A stretch of DNA of 63,373 bases, filler included, from Reticulomyxa filosa (taxonomy: Eukaryota; Protista; Foraminifera), in assembly GCA_000512085.1 (NCBI GenBank). It is 26 parts of 26 records of this genome, joined end to end, with 100 filler letters (N's around TTAATTAATTAA, not from the genome) between each part and the next. Parts side by side here need not be neighbours in the genome. Positions count along the whole stretch, not along the records: positions 26,681 to 27,755 come from ASPP01033896.1; positions 27,856 to 30,632 come from ASPP01008096.1; positions 30,733 to 33,181 come from ASPP01026475.1; positions 33,282 to 35,756 come from ASPP01004107.1; positions 35,857 to 38,130 come from ASPP01027811.1; positions 38,231 to 40,094 come from ASPP01012373.1; 20 more parts are not named here. One strand, written 5' to 3'. The notes beneath the pieces were generated by a model, which was not told the origin of the DNA, searched no databases, and worked only from the letters and a program-made list of their open reading frames with translations. The position numbers and the translations under genes were made by a program. Below are positions 26,681-38,412 of this stretch, piece by piece (position 1 is the stretch's first letter; each line of letters opens with the position of its first letter).

Positions 26681-27755
26681 CAATATATCCATTCATTTGT
26701 TCTTTTGAAAAAGGCCATAAATATGCCATTGATGTTGTTATTAGGTCCTTTGAACCAATTAAAACTTGTTTAATATCTTCATCATTTAATACATGGCTTC
26801 GACATGTTACTATTATTTTTGCATTCCATTCATTTAAATTGAATCGATCATAAAAATATCTTTTGTCATTGTCATTTTTATTGTATTTATCAAATATTTC
26901 ATCAAATCCATCCAAAATAAATACAAATGACATATTTTCACGAATGATATCAATTATCTCTTTATTGATTTGTTTCATTTGTAAGGCTTGAGAAATGATT
27001 TGTTTTTCATTTAATTCATTATAACATCTTGGTAATGAAATATAAATAGGAACAAACATTGTTGAATTATTTTTATATGATTCCCATAACATTCCTTCTA
27101 AATTACGACAAAATAAACTTTTTCCTGATCCTGATTTTCCTTGCAATATTATTACCTGTTTTTTTTGCTGTTCAGTTTTTTTTTCTTCTTCTTCTTCTTC
27201 TAACAAATTGATTATATGCTGATGACAATCATATGAATCACTCCTTTTATTATCATTATCATCAATATATGGATAATCATTTGCTTGTAATGGGATATAA
27301 GTTTCAAGAGCTTGCAATATTGTTGTATCTTCTTCTAATTCTTGTTTTTTTGATTCTTTTAATATGGATATCAAATCTAAATAACTTGCTGGGTTCATTT
27401 CGCCTGTAATATGTTTCTTAAAATATTCAAATAAAATAACATAAATAGCTTTTCCTTTCATTTCTTTTGGATTGAATTTACAAAGTTGATCATATACAAA
27501 TTTTGTCAATTTTAATTTTATATCATTTTTGGAATTGATTTCTTCATCATTTATTCCTTTTAATTGTGTAGGTTTCAATATTCGAATTTCTGAATTTGGT
27601 TTATAGCGATTTGCAATTTTCTTAATTTCTTTCATATCAATCCATTCACAAATTATATCATTGATCTTTGTCAATGTTTCATCGCTTGCTTGTTTCAATT
27701 CGTCTTCTAATTGATTATTTGGTTTCCATGCTCGAATTTGTTCATAAAATAAATG
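26681..27755 (-). CDS. NACHT-family STAND NTPase (NLR-like), internal fragment
   Basis: Walker A VIILQGKSGSGKS, VPIYISL, Walker B FVFILDGFDEI, sensor-1 KIIVTCR, and LWPFSKEQMNGYI. Confidence 0.92.
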
Positions 27756-27855
27756 NNNNNNNNNNNNNNNNNNNNNNNNNNNNNNNNNNNNNNNNNNNNT
27801 TAATTAATTAANNNNNNNNNNNNNNNNNNNNNNNNNNNNNNNNNNNNNNNNNNNN

Positions 27856-28223
27856 CAAACACTTACATATTTCATCACCAATGTATGTTTATTATATCCT
27901 TTCCAATCAGATCCAAAAGACAACAAAGTGATGTGATTAATGTCTTTGTTGTTATCTACTAGTTTCACTACACAGTGTCCTCGTAATTCAACATCACTTG
28001 GATACTTACAGACAAACTTGTATTCGTTTTTGAGCGTATGATAAGAATAACAAGCTCTTTCATATGCACCTCCACAAATGAGGATTTCGTGTTTGTGGAG
28101 CACACATTGAGATTTTTGAAGTGAAGTGGGCAACTCCTTCAAAGCTTGAAAGGGCGTAATAAGATGTTGACTCTGCTCAGTTGATTTTTCAGGATGTTTT
28201 TGTGTTGTAGTTCGATTACCCAT
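27856..28223 (-). CDS. Kelch-like beta-propeller protein, 5' part
   Basis: FQALKELPTSLQKSQCVLHKHEILICGG..RACYSYHTLKNEYKFVCKYPSDVELRGHCVV; close paralog of the gene at 29175. MGNRTT is a myristoylation-like N-terminus. Confidence 0.85.
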
Positions 28224-29174
28224 GTTGATAAAGTTTTTAAAAATTTTTAAAAAGGACCGTCTTGAAAAACAAAAAAAGGTATTTTACACGAACATTTTTT
28301 GTTTGTTAATGAAGCAAAAAAATTGCACATTATTTAAAAAAAAATTAATCAGTTTTACCTCTTTCAAACATAAACAACGTCAAAATATTCAATTATTTTA
28401 TTGAGAACTATCATATACAAAAAGCAAAATAAAGACCTTTAAAGATATACATAATTAATGAAACAATTCATTCAATTGAATATCATGAATTATTTAATTA
28501 AATTAGATAAATTGAAACGTGATCACTTTAATGTTGTTCGTTTATATAGCAAGTTAATACTTATATATTTAAAAAGTATTCATCTCTTATCAAATGAAGT
28601 CTGTTTGTTGATCCTTTATAAACTCTCCAGTTTGCGTTTTAATTATCTTTACCAGATTTTTTTGCCGATATCTTGTATAATTCAAAAAAACTTTTCTATT
28701 TTTAAAAAATTATTGTTGCATTAAAACAAGTAGACATAACATATGAAGATCACAACAAAACAAAAAAATCTATTTGATCTTAAAAAAAGGTGAATTCTAT
28801 CCAATCTATCCCTTTTTTTTTAGATGACAAGATATTTCTTAGTCCATTTCAATTTTGATTTCTTTATTTAAAAAAAAATGTCATTATATTTTTATTTTTC
28901 TTTCGAAATTCAACCACTTTCGTCATTGTAGTCATTAGTTTGAATGCAAATTCAGAAGTATTGATTTTGTTTTTTTTTCCTTTGTGAGTTCAAACAAATG
29001 ACTTTAAGTTGTCTAATTTTTTCGGAAAAAGGATGTAAGATAACAAAAAATGTTTCAAGAATATATTTAACATGATATTGTGTAATACAAACAAAATTAG
29101 AGCTTTTTTTGTGTCAATCCTTTTTTTAAAAAATTTAAACTATTTCATAATCCTTCAACATTAACATTAACAAT

Positions 29175-30370
29175 ATGAGCGATCAAGACTTTCAAATTTT
29201 GAAGGATTTGCCCATTCGACTTGAGCAATCTCAATGTGTTTCACACAAACACGAACTCATCATTTGTGGTGGTGCTGGTGAAAGGGCTTGTTATTCTTAT
29301 CACACACTCAAAAACGAATACAAGCTTATCTGTGAGTATCCAAGTAATGTTAAATTAAGTGGACACTGTGTAGTGAAATTGGTAGACAACAATAAAGAAG
29401 ACAATAATCAAATCACTTTGTTGTCTTTTGGATCTATTTATGTTGGACAATATCACCATACATTGGTAATGAAATATGTAAGTGTTTGGAGTAATAATAT
29501 ACCAGATAAATCAAATGAATTAAACAATTACAATCAATGGGTTCCATTCACAAACAAATACAATCATCCAATTATCATTGGAGAAGATCAAGGTGCTTTT
29601 GAAGGAGTGCGTGCAGTGATTGGTGGAAGCAACAATAATTTGTTATTTATTACTTATCTTAAAAGTAATATTAGTGTGTTTGATTTAAATACATTTCAAT
29701 TTATTAAACGTATTTATTTACCAATTGACTATGTCGGTTATCCTTGCTTTATATTAAATTCAGAAAATGGACAAGGACAAGAAATGACGAAAATAAATAA
29801 ACAAAATAACCAAATGCTATTATTTTGTAAAACAACAGGATTATCAATTGGATATGATGAAGATAACAACATTTTTACATTTAATGAACTACCAGTTTGT
29901 GATAATATTGCACTATTCAGAAATTATGCATATGTATGTATCAATGATATTATCTTGTTCTTTGGTGGATGTGGTGATGGTATCTCAAAATCGGTATACA
30001 AGTATTCAATTCGAGAAAAAATGGACGACATTTGAAAACGCTTTACCCAGTCCATTGTATGACTGTTTTGCAATATTGAATGAAGAAGATAATTATGTAC
30101 ACATCATTGGTGGAAGAAATAGTAAAGGCAAAACAGTATTAACTCATATGAAGACAAGATTGTTTGTATGGGATCATTTACAGTTGGTAATGATTTGTTT
30201 ATTTATTTGTATTGCGTAAAACTTATTGACAATAATAATAAATTAATACATATAATGTACAGTCAAAAAATGAAACAAAATGTATTAATGAACATTGGAT
30301 TCGAACTCTAAAGATAAAATTAGGATGGGTCGATGATTTTAATAAAATGATTTTTAAATACATTAGATGA
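29175..30370 (+). CDS. Kelch-like beta-propeller protein with a C-terminal box module; exons 29175-30186 and 30263-30370; frameshift in the A-run near 30016-30021
   Basis: Kelch GG motifs (LIICGG, AVIGG, ILFFGG, VHIIGG) and YKYSI..KW. Intron 30187-30262; last exon SKNETKCINEHWIRTLKIKLGWVDDFNKMIFKYIR*. Confidence 0.88.
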
Positions 30371-30768
30371 AATCAATTTTTTTAAAATTATTTTCAAAAT
30401 TTATAAAGAAATAACAAATTGTCAGTTTTGAGTTTTTTGATTTGTTTGTTTGTTTTTCAAAAACAGATATAGACTGACAATTTAAAAAAAGTCTTCAAAT
30501 ATGTAATATACACGAAATTATTTTTTTTGAAAAATTTTGGTTTTTAATGAACTCATAATTAAGCGAAGACATTTGTGATTGAATGAAAATACATTAGATT
30601 GCAAAAAAAACTGACATACCTAAATTGCACTANNNNNNNNNNNNNNNNNNNNNNNNNNNNNNNNNNNNNNNNNNNNTTAATTAATTAANNNNNNNNNNNN
30701 NNNNNNNNNNNNNNNNNNNNNNNNNNNNNNNNAAAAAAAAAAAAAAAAAAAAAAAAAAATGGTCAAAA

Positions 30769-31538
30769 ATTTGCAAAAAAAAAAAAGAATTGAATCCAGA
30801 GAAAGTTGAAAGTGCACCCCCAAAGAAACCTTGGTATCGCCAAATATTTTTCAAATTGGAAGGGACTACCTACCTGGAAACCCCTTTCGACAAAAAATTT
30901 GCAGTGTATTGCTCACATTGCAGGTTACTCTTTTTCAATATTTTCTTTGTAATATCATTTATTGATTAACACAATAAGACAATGATTTATTTATATTAAA
31001 AAAAAAAAGACACTATATCGGAGAAGGACAAAAAGGCAATATAAATGACTATTTCGCATTGTTTGGTGAATATCAAATTATTGATGAAGAAGACAAAATG
31101 CTGATGACAAAATTGTTGCATCGGCAATCTATTTGTCCAAATTGCTATCGTCCATTTTCTGAGGAGACCAAATACTTTCGATGGCAAGTGTTATTGGAAA
31201 TTTTATCTTTTTATGTCTTTATGGTATTTTTATGGATCCCGTTGGTCATCTCTCTACTAATTCCTGCATTGCTGGATCGAATATGGACGAGTTGCAAGTC
31301 TTTACGTATCTCACAAAGCCAAGGTAGTAACGTATTACAAAATACGGAGATTGAAATGAACCATATCGATTTTGACTACCAAGAAAAAGTCAAACAGATT
31401 GTCAATAAAAACATCAGCAGAGAGAGCAATATTGTGGATACAAGCGGAGAAGATGGCAATAATAGCCCTAATGTTGATGACGTGTTTACAACAGATGAAC
31501 TTGAAACTCTCATCAAAAGCTTTCAAACAAACCATTAA
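30769..31538 (+). CDS. Unknown membrane protein with two CxxC motifs, 3' part
   Basis: VYCSHC, an intron, then ICPNCYRPF followed by the hydrophobic ILSFYVFMVFLWIPLVISLLIPALL; start position uncertain. Confidence 0.5.
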
Positions 31539-31797
31539 TTTTTACCATTTTTAGAATTTATTATTATATTTTTTTTAATAAAAGGCCTTAAAATATTTTG
31601 GTTGGAAATGAACTAGGTCTTTGTATAATATTTTTGTTGGATGTCTCTTTCTGAAGATACTATCAACAGTGGATAATACTACACAAAATATCTAATCTCT
31701 CAATTCAATCCCATTTTTTGGTACATTCACAACATTTTTGAAAAATCAAACTTTCGAAACAAAAAACTTTCATTTATTATTTGATAAAAAAAGCAAA

Positions 31798-31860
31798 TTA
31801 TCCCCAAATACGAATGTTGCCTTTATATGATCCATAGCACAATTTAATATCATTTACATT
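31798..31860 (-). pseudogene. WD40-family C-terminal remnant (NVNDIKLCYGSYKGNIRIWG*)
   Basis: Matches the C-terminus of the 7353 gene (INLCYGSRKGRICVWG*); no upstream ORF. Confidence 0.7.
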
Positions 31861-32413
31861 CTCTTAAATCGATTCGACTTTGGTCTGTTTTAAATTATTA
31901 ACAAAAAAAAAAGTGTGGTACACGAAATTCTATAAAAGGTAAGGGACCAGGACCATAATTATGTTTATAACTACCTCAATGGTAGTACCAAAAAGACTCG
32001 TTGGTTAGACTGGTTTTTATCATTGCTAGCTTTTGTGACTGCATCTCTTTGAATCATAATTAGTTTAACTGATGATCTTTTTTTTTTATTATTGATTAAA
32101 AAAAAAAATGTTGATAGACGTTTTACTGATTTTAGAATGTTTGACATCAATTTATTGTAAACGACTATATTAAGAGCAAAAATTTGGTAGAATTTTAATA
32201 TATCGAAATTTCAAACATCTCATTATTTAAAGCAAAGAGGCAACTTCCCAACAACAATGATGAAAGATATTTAAATTTTTTCAAAAAGAGGGCATATTGT
32301 TATTATGTTAAAAAATTAACTCCTTTCTCAACCCATTTTATTTTTTCAACATTTGTGTTAAAAGCACTCATAAATTGTGATAAAAAAAAAACACAAGATC
32401 GATAAGTATTTGT

Positions 32414-33141
32414 TTAAGGATTTCTGCCTGGCCTCAAATTCAAGTAGTCTTCGGATCGAGGCAGACTTGTCATCAAACGTGGAGCAACCATCATTGACAT
32501 TAGTTCCTGAAATAATAATTTTGCTGCATATGGAACCCATACTTGCGATATTTGTGTAGTATTTTTGCATCCTCGGCACTCAAATGAATTTTTCTTTAGA
32601 TTGGCGATTGCGATTAATCCACAAAAATCGCATACATGAACACGATAGCGATCACTATGCAGAAAAGTTCGTTCCTATATGTATATATATTAATATATAT
32701 TAATATATATTAATATATACATATATATACATATATATACATTAATATATACATATATATACATATATAAATTTTAAAAACCTTCAAAAAATAAGCAGCT
32801 CCATGAGAAATCATGCAATCTCTTTCCATCTCCCCGAAACGAAGCCCACCATCACGTGCCCTGCCTTCTAATGGCTTTCTTGTCAACATTGCCACTGGAC
32901 CACGTGATCTTGCATGAATCTTATCATCAACCATATGTCGCAAGTGTTGATAAAAATTGGGACCAAAAAAGATGGGCGAAATTAGCCTTTCTCCAGTGTA
33001 TCCATTATATAATACTTCATTGCCATGTTGTTGATGACCAGAATTGTGCAATGCTTCGGCAATATTGCCTGCAGTCGTTTGGAATTCAAAGGCACTTGCA
33101 TCCCCTTCAATACCGTTAACGGCGCACACTTTGGAAAGCAA
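32414..33141 (-). CDS. RPB2: RNA polymerase II second-largest subunit, 3' end (exons 33141-32782, 32674-32414)
   Basis: [37 protein letters not shown], intron 32675-32781, then [16 protein letters not shown]...ECRGC...[14 protein letters not shown]...RNP*. Confidence 0.97.
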
Positions 33142-33330
33142 ATGGGATACGTGTCCGGATGTGGTCTCAGTTTTCCAGACGNNNNNNNNNNNNNNNNNNN
33201 NNNNNNNNNNNNNNNNNNNNNNNNNTTAATTAATTAANNNNNNNNNNNNNNNNNNNNNNNNNNNNNNNNNNNNNNNNNNNNCAACCCAAAAAAAAATTAA
33301 AAAAAAAGTTTGAAGCAAGACAAAGTGACA

Positions 33331-33850
33331 TTATGGATGAGTATCCCAATTGGCAACACTTTTCATTTTGTGACTCCATTCCAATTGTCTAAACTCTAGT
33401 TTTCGTTGTTCTTCTTGAACGAGTTTTTTCACGTTTTCCAATTGTTGTTCTTCTTCTTTTATTTGTGTCCATTTTCTGTCGAAATCTTGTCCTTTCAAAA
33501 AAAAGAAGGGGGTCATCATCAAAAAGAATACGACAAAAGGGAAAAAAAAAAGGTTGTTTTTTTTTTCCATAATTAAAAAATAAAATCAAATAACTCAGTT
33601 GAATCGAAACGTCAGGTTCAAGGTTGCGTTTTGGATTTATTGTTGGGTCTTCTCTTTATTGATTCATTTTTGTGTTTGCACAAAAATTTTTTTGTTTCCT
33701 TTGGCATATGCATATGTATATGTACGAAACTGTGGGTCGGCCTGATTGGTAGCTTTGACATTCATGTCGTCGGTCAGGTATGTCTCCAACGTGCGAATTC
33801 TTTCAGTCAGTATCTCCAATTTGTAGTTTAACGATACTACCAATTGAAGC
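33331..33850 (-). CDS. Multi-exon coiled-coil protein fragment, unknown
   Basis: Heptad-like exons (LNYKLEILTERIRTLETYL; IKEEEQQLENVKKLVQEEQRKLEFRQLEW) separated by AT-rich introns. Confidence 0.45.
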
Positions 33851-34669
33851 TTTTGTCTTGTTCTGCTTTTTTTTTTTCCCCAAGCCAAAGATGTATGTTT
33901 ATTCTAGGTTAATTTTTCAGGGTAGAAAAAAAAAAAGCGTACCGACGACTATGAGCTGCAAATCGGTGAAATGTGTGCACACTGACAGTTTGTCGGTATG
34001 CATGACTCCATGGAAGTGATACTCGTTTGCATAAATTACACAATATATTAGTTTTTTGCAATTTTTTAATTTGATACATTCTCCAGAGGGAAAAAACTAC
34101 TGAAGCGAAACAAGTAAAAAAAATTTTTTTACAAAAACGCGACGCTTGGTGCTGATACTCAAGAAAAGTTGTAAAGGCGATATTACGTTAAAATAGTCTG
34201 AGTTAAAGTAGTAAGTCAAGTTCCTTTGGGGCTTGCGATAAGACATACTTTGCAAAAAGCATCATACATTTGACGTGTTGATTTCTATGTTAAGAGCTTT
34301 ATTTACTAACATTCAAAAGATGATAAAATCGATAAAATTGTTCCATAATAACAAATAATTTTGAATCTGATTTATACATGCATTCCGAACTGAGTCATGT
34401 TGGATTCTATTAAACAAGAAAACACAAACCCGATACCGTTTTATATTCGTCCTTACTTGTGTTAAATGCTTTTTTCAACTTTTCTATTTTTGTTGTTGTA
34501 TTCAAACTATTTACTCGCTTTTCTGTCCTTTTTTTTTGTTTGTTTTATTTTTTTGTGTTTGGTTCAATAACTTTGCTTAATACTTTTGGTGGGTCGAATC
34601 CAGTCTATGATTGATATAAAAGTTCAAATTTCTCCACAATCTTAAGAGAAAAGCAAAAAGTCTTGAAGA

Positions 34670-35756
34670 ATGATTACTCCTAGCAATGTAAGCGAAACTT
34701 TGATGCAACTAGTTTTGGTAAACTTCATTTCCATCTTTCGAAAGTTAGTTGTGTTGTATGTGTGATTGAATCAGTCAGAAGAAGGAGAAATCCAAATAAT
34801 TATCCGGCATTGGGTCAGAGAATTAAAAATTAAATTAGGATGGATCAATGATTTTGACAAAATTGTTGCCAAATATGTTATGTTTATCTGTTTTCATTCA
34901 AATACAAATATTTAGTTATCATTGTTACATTTATAATTACTTTTAACACAGGCAAATAATATCTTCATGCTTGACACGTTTCGTTCATTATCTAGATTGC
35001 TCAAAAAATTTACTGGACACACAGATATGGTGTATAGTATTGATTCCTATTCATTTAATGATAGTCAATTCATTTGTTCTGGATCAGGTGATAGAACAGT
35101 TCGTGTATGGAATGTAAAGACCAATCAACAAATTCAATTATATAATGGACATTTGAAAGCTGTATATTGTGTGAAATTCTCACAATATTACTATAATAAT
35201 CATTGTCGCAATGTTATTTGCTCTTCGTCAGATGACAATATTATTCGTTTTTGGGATAGCAAAGAAAATAAACCATTTCAAATATTACACGAGCATACTA
35301 ATAGCATTTGTGGCATTGAATTTTCACCATTTAATGGAGGTCGATATTTGTGTTCTGGATCATATGACAATACTATTCGTTTATGGGATGTTGAAATATC
35401 TAAATCATTACATGTTTTCAATGGACACGAAGAAGGTGTTTTGTGTGTGGATATGTCATCATTGCAAAGCAATAACAATAATAATATTGAAAGTAATAGT
35501 ATTGGTGTGATTGGTGGTAATGGTTATACTATTTGTTCTGGATCATGGGATAAAACCATTATTACATGGGATATTGAAACAACCAAACAGTTAACTATTT
35601 TCAAAGGACATGAGAATATGGTGATAAGTGTAAAATACGGATCAAATGAATTAGGAAATATTGGTGGTTCAAATACAATATTATCTGGAGCAGGAGATAA
35701 AAGTGTTCGTTTGTGGGATATTCGATCTTGTGATCAAATTCAAGTGTTCAATGGAC
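34670..35756 (+). CDS. WD40 beta-propeller protein, 3 exons (34670-34717, 34775-34876, 34952-contig end)
   Basis: Close paralog of the 7353 gene ([25 protein letters not shown]; IGGNGYTICSGS). Exon 2 encodes SEEGEIQIIIRHWVRELKIKLGWINDFDKIVAKY. Confidence 0.93.
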
Positions 35757-35941
35757 NNNNNNNNNNNNNNNNNNNNNNNNNNNNNNNNNNNNNNNNNNNN
35801 TTAATTAATTAANNNNNNNNNNNNNNNNNNNNNNNNNNNNNNNNNNNNNNNNNNNNAAAATTTTGCACTCAACACATCTTTTGAATATCCTAATAATTTT
35901 TCCATAATTGTATAATATTATCTCGTAAATCTGATAAGTTT

Positions 35942-36037
35942 GTAACATTTTCTGCAGATGATAAAAAGATTGTTTCGACATTAAATGATAATACTGTTCG
36001 AATATGGGATATTACATCGGAAAAAGAACTTCAGATT
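35942..36037 (+). pseudogene. WD40 repeat remnant (VTFSADDKKIVSTLNDNTVRIWDITSEKELQI)
   Basis: A single repeat similar to the adjacent WD40 gene, on the opposite strand, with no ORF context. Confidence 0.7.
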
Positions 36038-36180
36038 TATAATTTTCTTTTGAAATGAAAAAAAAGAAAAGATGTGAAAAATTCTTGTTCCTCCTTTGGA
36101 AAAAAAAAATTTATGATGGTGAAAACGTAAAAATGTAGTGAACAAAACATTATTATGAAATAATAAATCAATTCAATCTG

Positions 36181-37362
36181 TTATTTCCAGATTTGAATCA
36201 TTCCATCATCAGATGCAGATACAATTGTATCTGCATCCGGTGAAACGGCCACACTTCTTACATGCGAATTTCTCTCCAATTTTTTGTATTTCATGTCCTG
36301 TTTTTTACATCCCACAAACGAACCGTTTTATCGTCTGAACAAGATACAATAGTTTGACCATCTGGAAAATATGTCACATCATTCACATAATTTGGTAAAT
36401 CGCCCAAAGGATTTGCATGTCCGCTCAATATTTGTAATTCTTTCTCTGATTTTACATCCCATATTCGAATTGTTTCATCCCATGAACTCGATACAACATA
36501 TTGGCAATCAGGAAAAAATTTGGCACATTGTACAATACCATGATGTCCTATAAACTCTTTCACTTTTTCACCTGATTTTACATCCCATATGGCAATTCTT
36601 TTACCATAAGATGACGCTAAAATCATTTGTCCATTTGATGAAAACTGTACATCTGTAATTGGATTTGAATAAAATACTAGTCTTTGAATCTCTTTTCCAG
36701 AGTTTATATCCCATATATATATTGTTCCATCTTGAATACCTGATATAATATATTTACCATCTGGAGAAAAGTTTATAGATCGTACCCAATCGATACAATC
36801 CAATTTCATTAATTCTTTTCCTGATTCTATATCCCATAATCGAATTGTATTATCTTGTGAACAAGATACAATATTATGTCCATCTGGTGAAAATTCTGCA
36901 TGAAGAACATTGTCAATATGTCCTTTAAAAGTTTGAATTTGTTTTCCAGATGCAACATCCCATACCCGAACTGTTTTATCAAATGATGACGAAACAATCC
37001 TGCGACCTTCTGGTGAAAATCTTACACTAAATATTGTATTATCATGTCCTTGTAAAACTTTAAGCAATTTAAAATATTTTGCCTATGTTGAATATTAATG
37101 ATTATATAATATTAAATTACTTAAAAACAACAATAAAACAAATAACATAACATGTTTAATGATAATTTTGCTTAAATCGTGGATCCATCCTACTTTAATA
37201 TTCAAAATTCGAATCCAATTTTGAATAATTGATTTAATCTCTTTTTCTGACTTTTGGTTTTTTTGACAGTTTATATATTTATATAAATGTATCAAAATAG
37301 AAACAAACGAAGCTTACTAATTGTGGTGTTGTATTTTCATTTTTAGCAGAAATCGTACTCAT
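36181..37362 (-). CDS. WD40 beta-propeller protein, 3 exons (37362-37318, 37250-37152, 37082-36181); two A-run frameshifts near 36301 and 36280
   Basis: GH..FSPDG..IVS.S.D.T.R.WD repeats. Exon 2 encodes [33 protein letters not shown]. Removing one A in each run restores a last repeat ending [21 protein letters not shown]. Confidence 0.9.
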
Positions 37363-38242
37363 TTCTTCACTGATTTGTAATCAATGTTGAATCTTTGAAA
37401 CCCCCTTGTTAAACTTTTTTTTTCTGTGAAGGTGACCAACTAAGAGTTATTAAATAAAATCATTTTAACAAGTATATTCATTCAACAAGTTTTTATTTAA
37501 AAAATTGATTGAAATGGTTTTTCTCTTCAACTCCCCCTTTTTTAGATTAAAAAAAGATAAAAATTAATACTTTTGTGAAATTCAATGTAAATGATTTGTA
37601 AATATTACATCACAAATATTTACTATAAAAAATGCTTTTATTGATCAAAAATTAAAACAACCTTTTCACCTGGTTTTTTATCACTAATGCTCTCTCCTCA
37701 TTCTCCCATGGTTGTGCCTTATGTGAGACGCCTGTTTTTCTCTGTTTCTCTTAAATGCCTATGCCAAATGCAAATATGAATTACCACTTAATTTACTTAC
37801 ATTTCAATATATACTTGATCCAATATTATCAATTTACTTTTCATAACATACATGCAATATCTACTTAAGGCCTTTTCCTCTACATTCTTGCTGTTCATCA
37901 ATACAAAGAATAATGCAGAGTTTTCCATTTTATTTCTATAGTTTGGATTTTTTGCCAATGAAAATTATCCCTAACAATCCTTGTTCTTTTTTTTCTAACA
38001 TTTTTTCAACCCTTTGAGATGCCTCAACATTTAATTTCCTGCAATATTTCGTCCAATGCTTCCTGAAATCCAGCAAACTGTAAACCAATCTACGTCTGAA
38101 CTGCACCATGCTTTATTATTATTATGTTTGNNNNNNNNNNNNNNNNNNNNNNNNNNNNNNNNNNNNNNNNNNNNTTAATTAATTAANNNNNNNNNNNNNN
38201 NNNNNNNNNNNNNNNNNNNNNNNNNNNNNNATAATAAATATA

Positions 38243-38274
<32 letters not shown>

Positions 38275-38412
38275 GTTAAATGTATTGATTTGATTGATTG
38301 GTTGATTTTGTTTTTGAGCTGAAAATACGTATACTTATCATTTTTTGCAATTTTACTTACCAAAAAAAAAAAAAAAAAAAAAAAAGCACAACAACAACTT
38401 GTTACATACACA

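Noticed and set aside
25138-27755. HEAT gene and NACHT gene as a physically linked convergent pair
   Set aside because: They are separated by a linker; contig order carries no information.
37680-38130. Possible retroelement or other coding remnant on the minus strand
   Set aside because: Stop-riddled in all frames and no motif I can identify.
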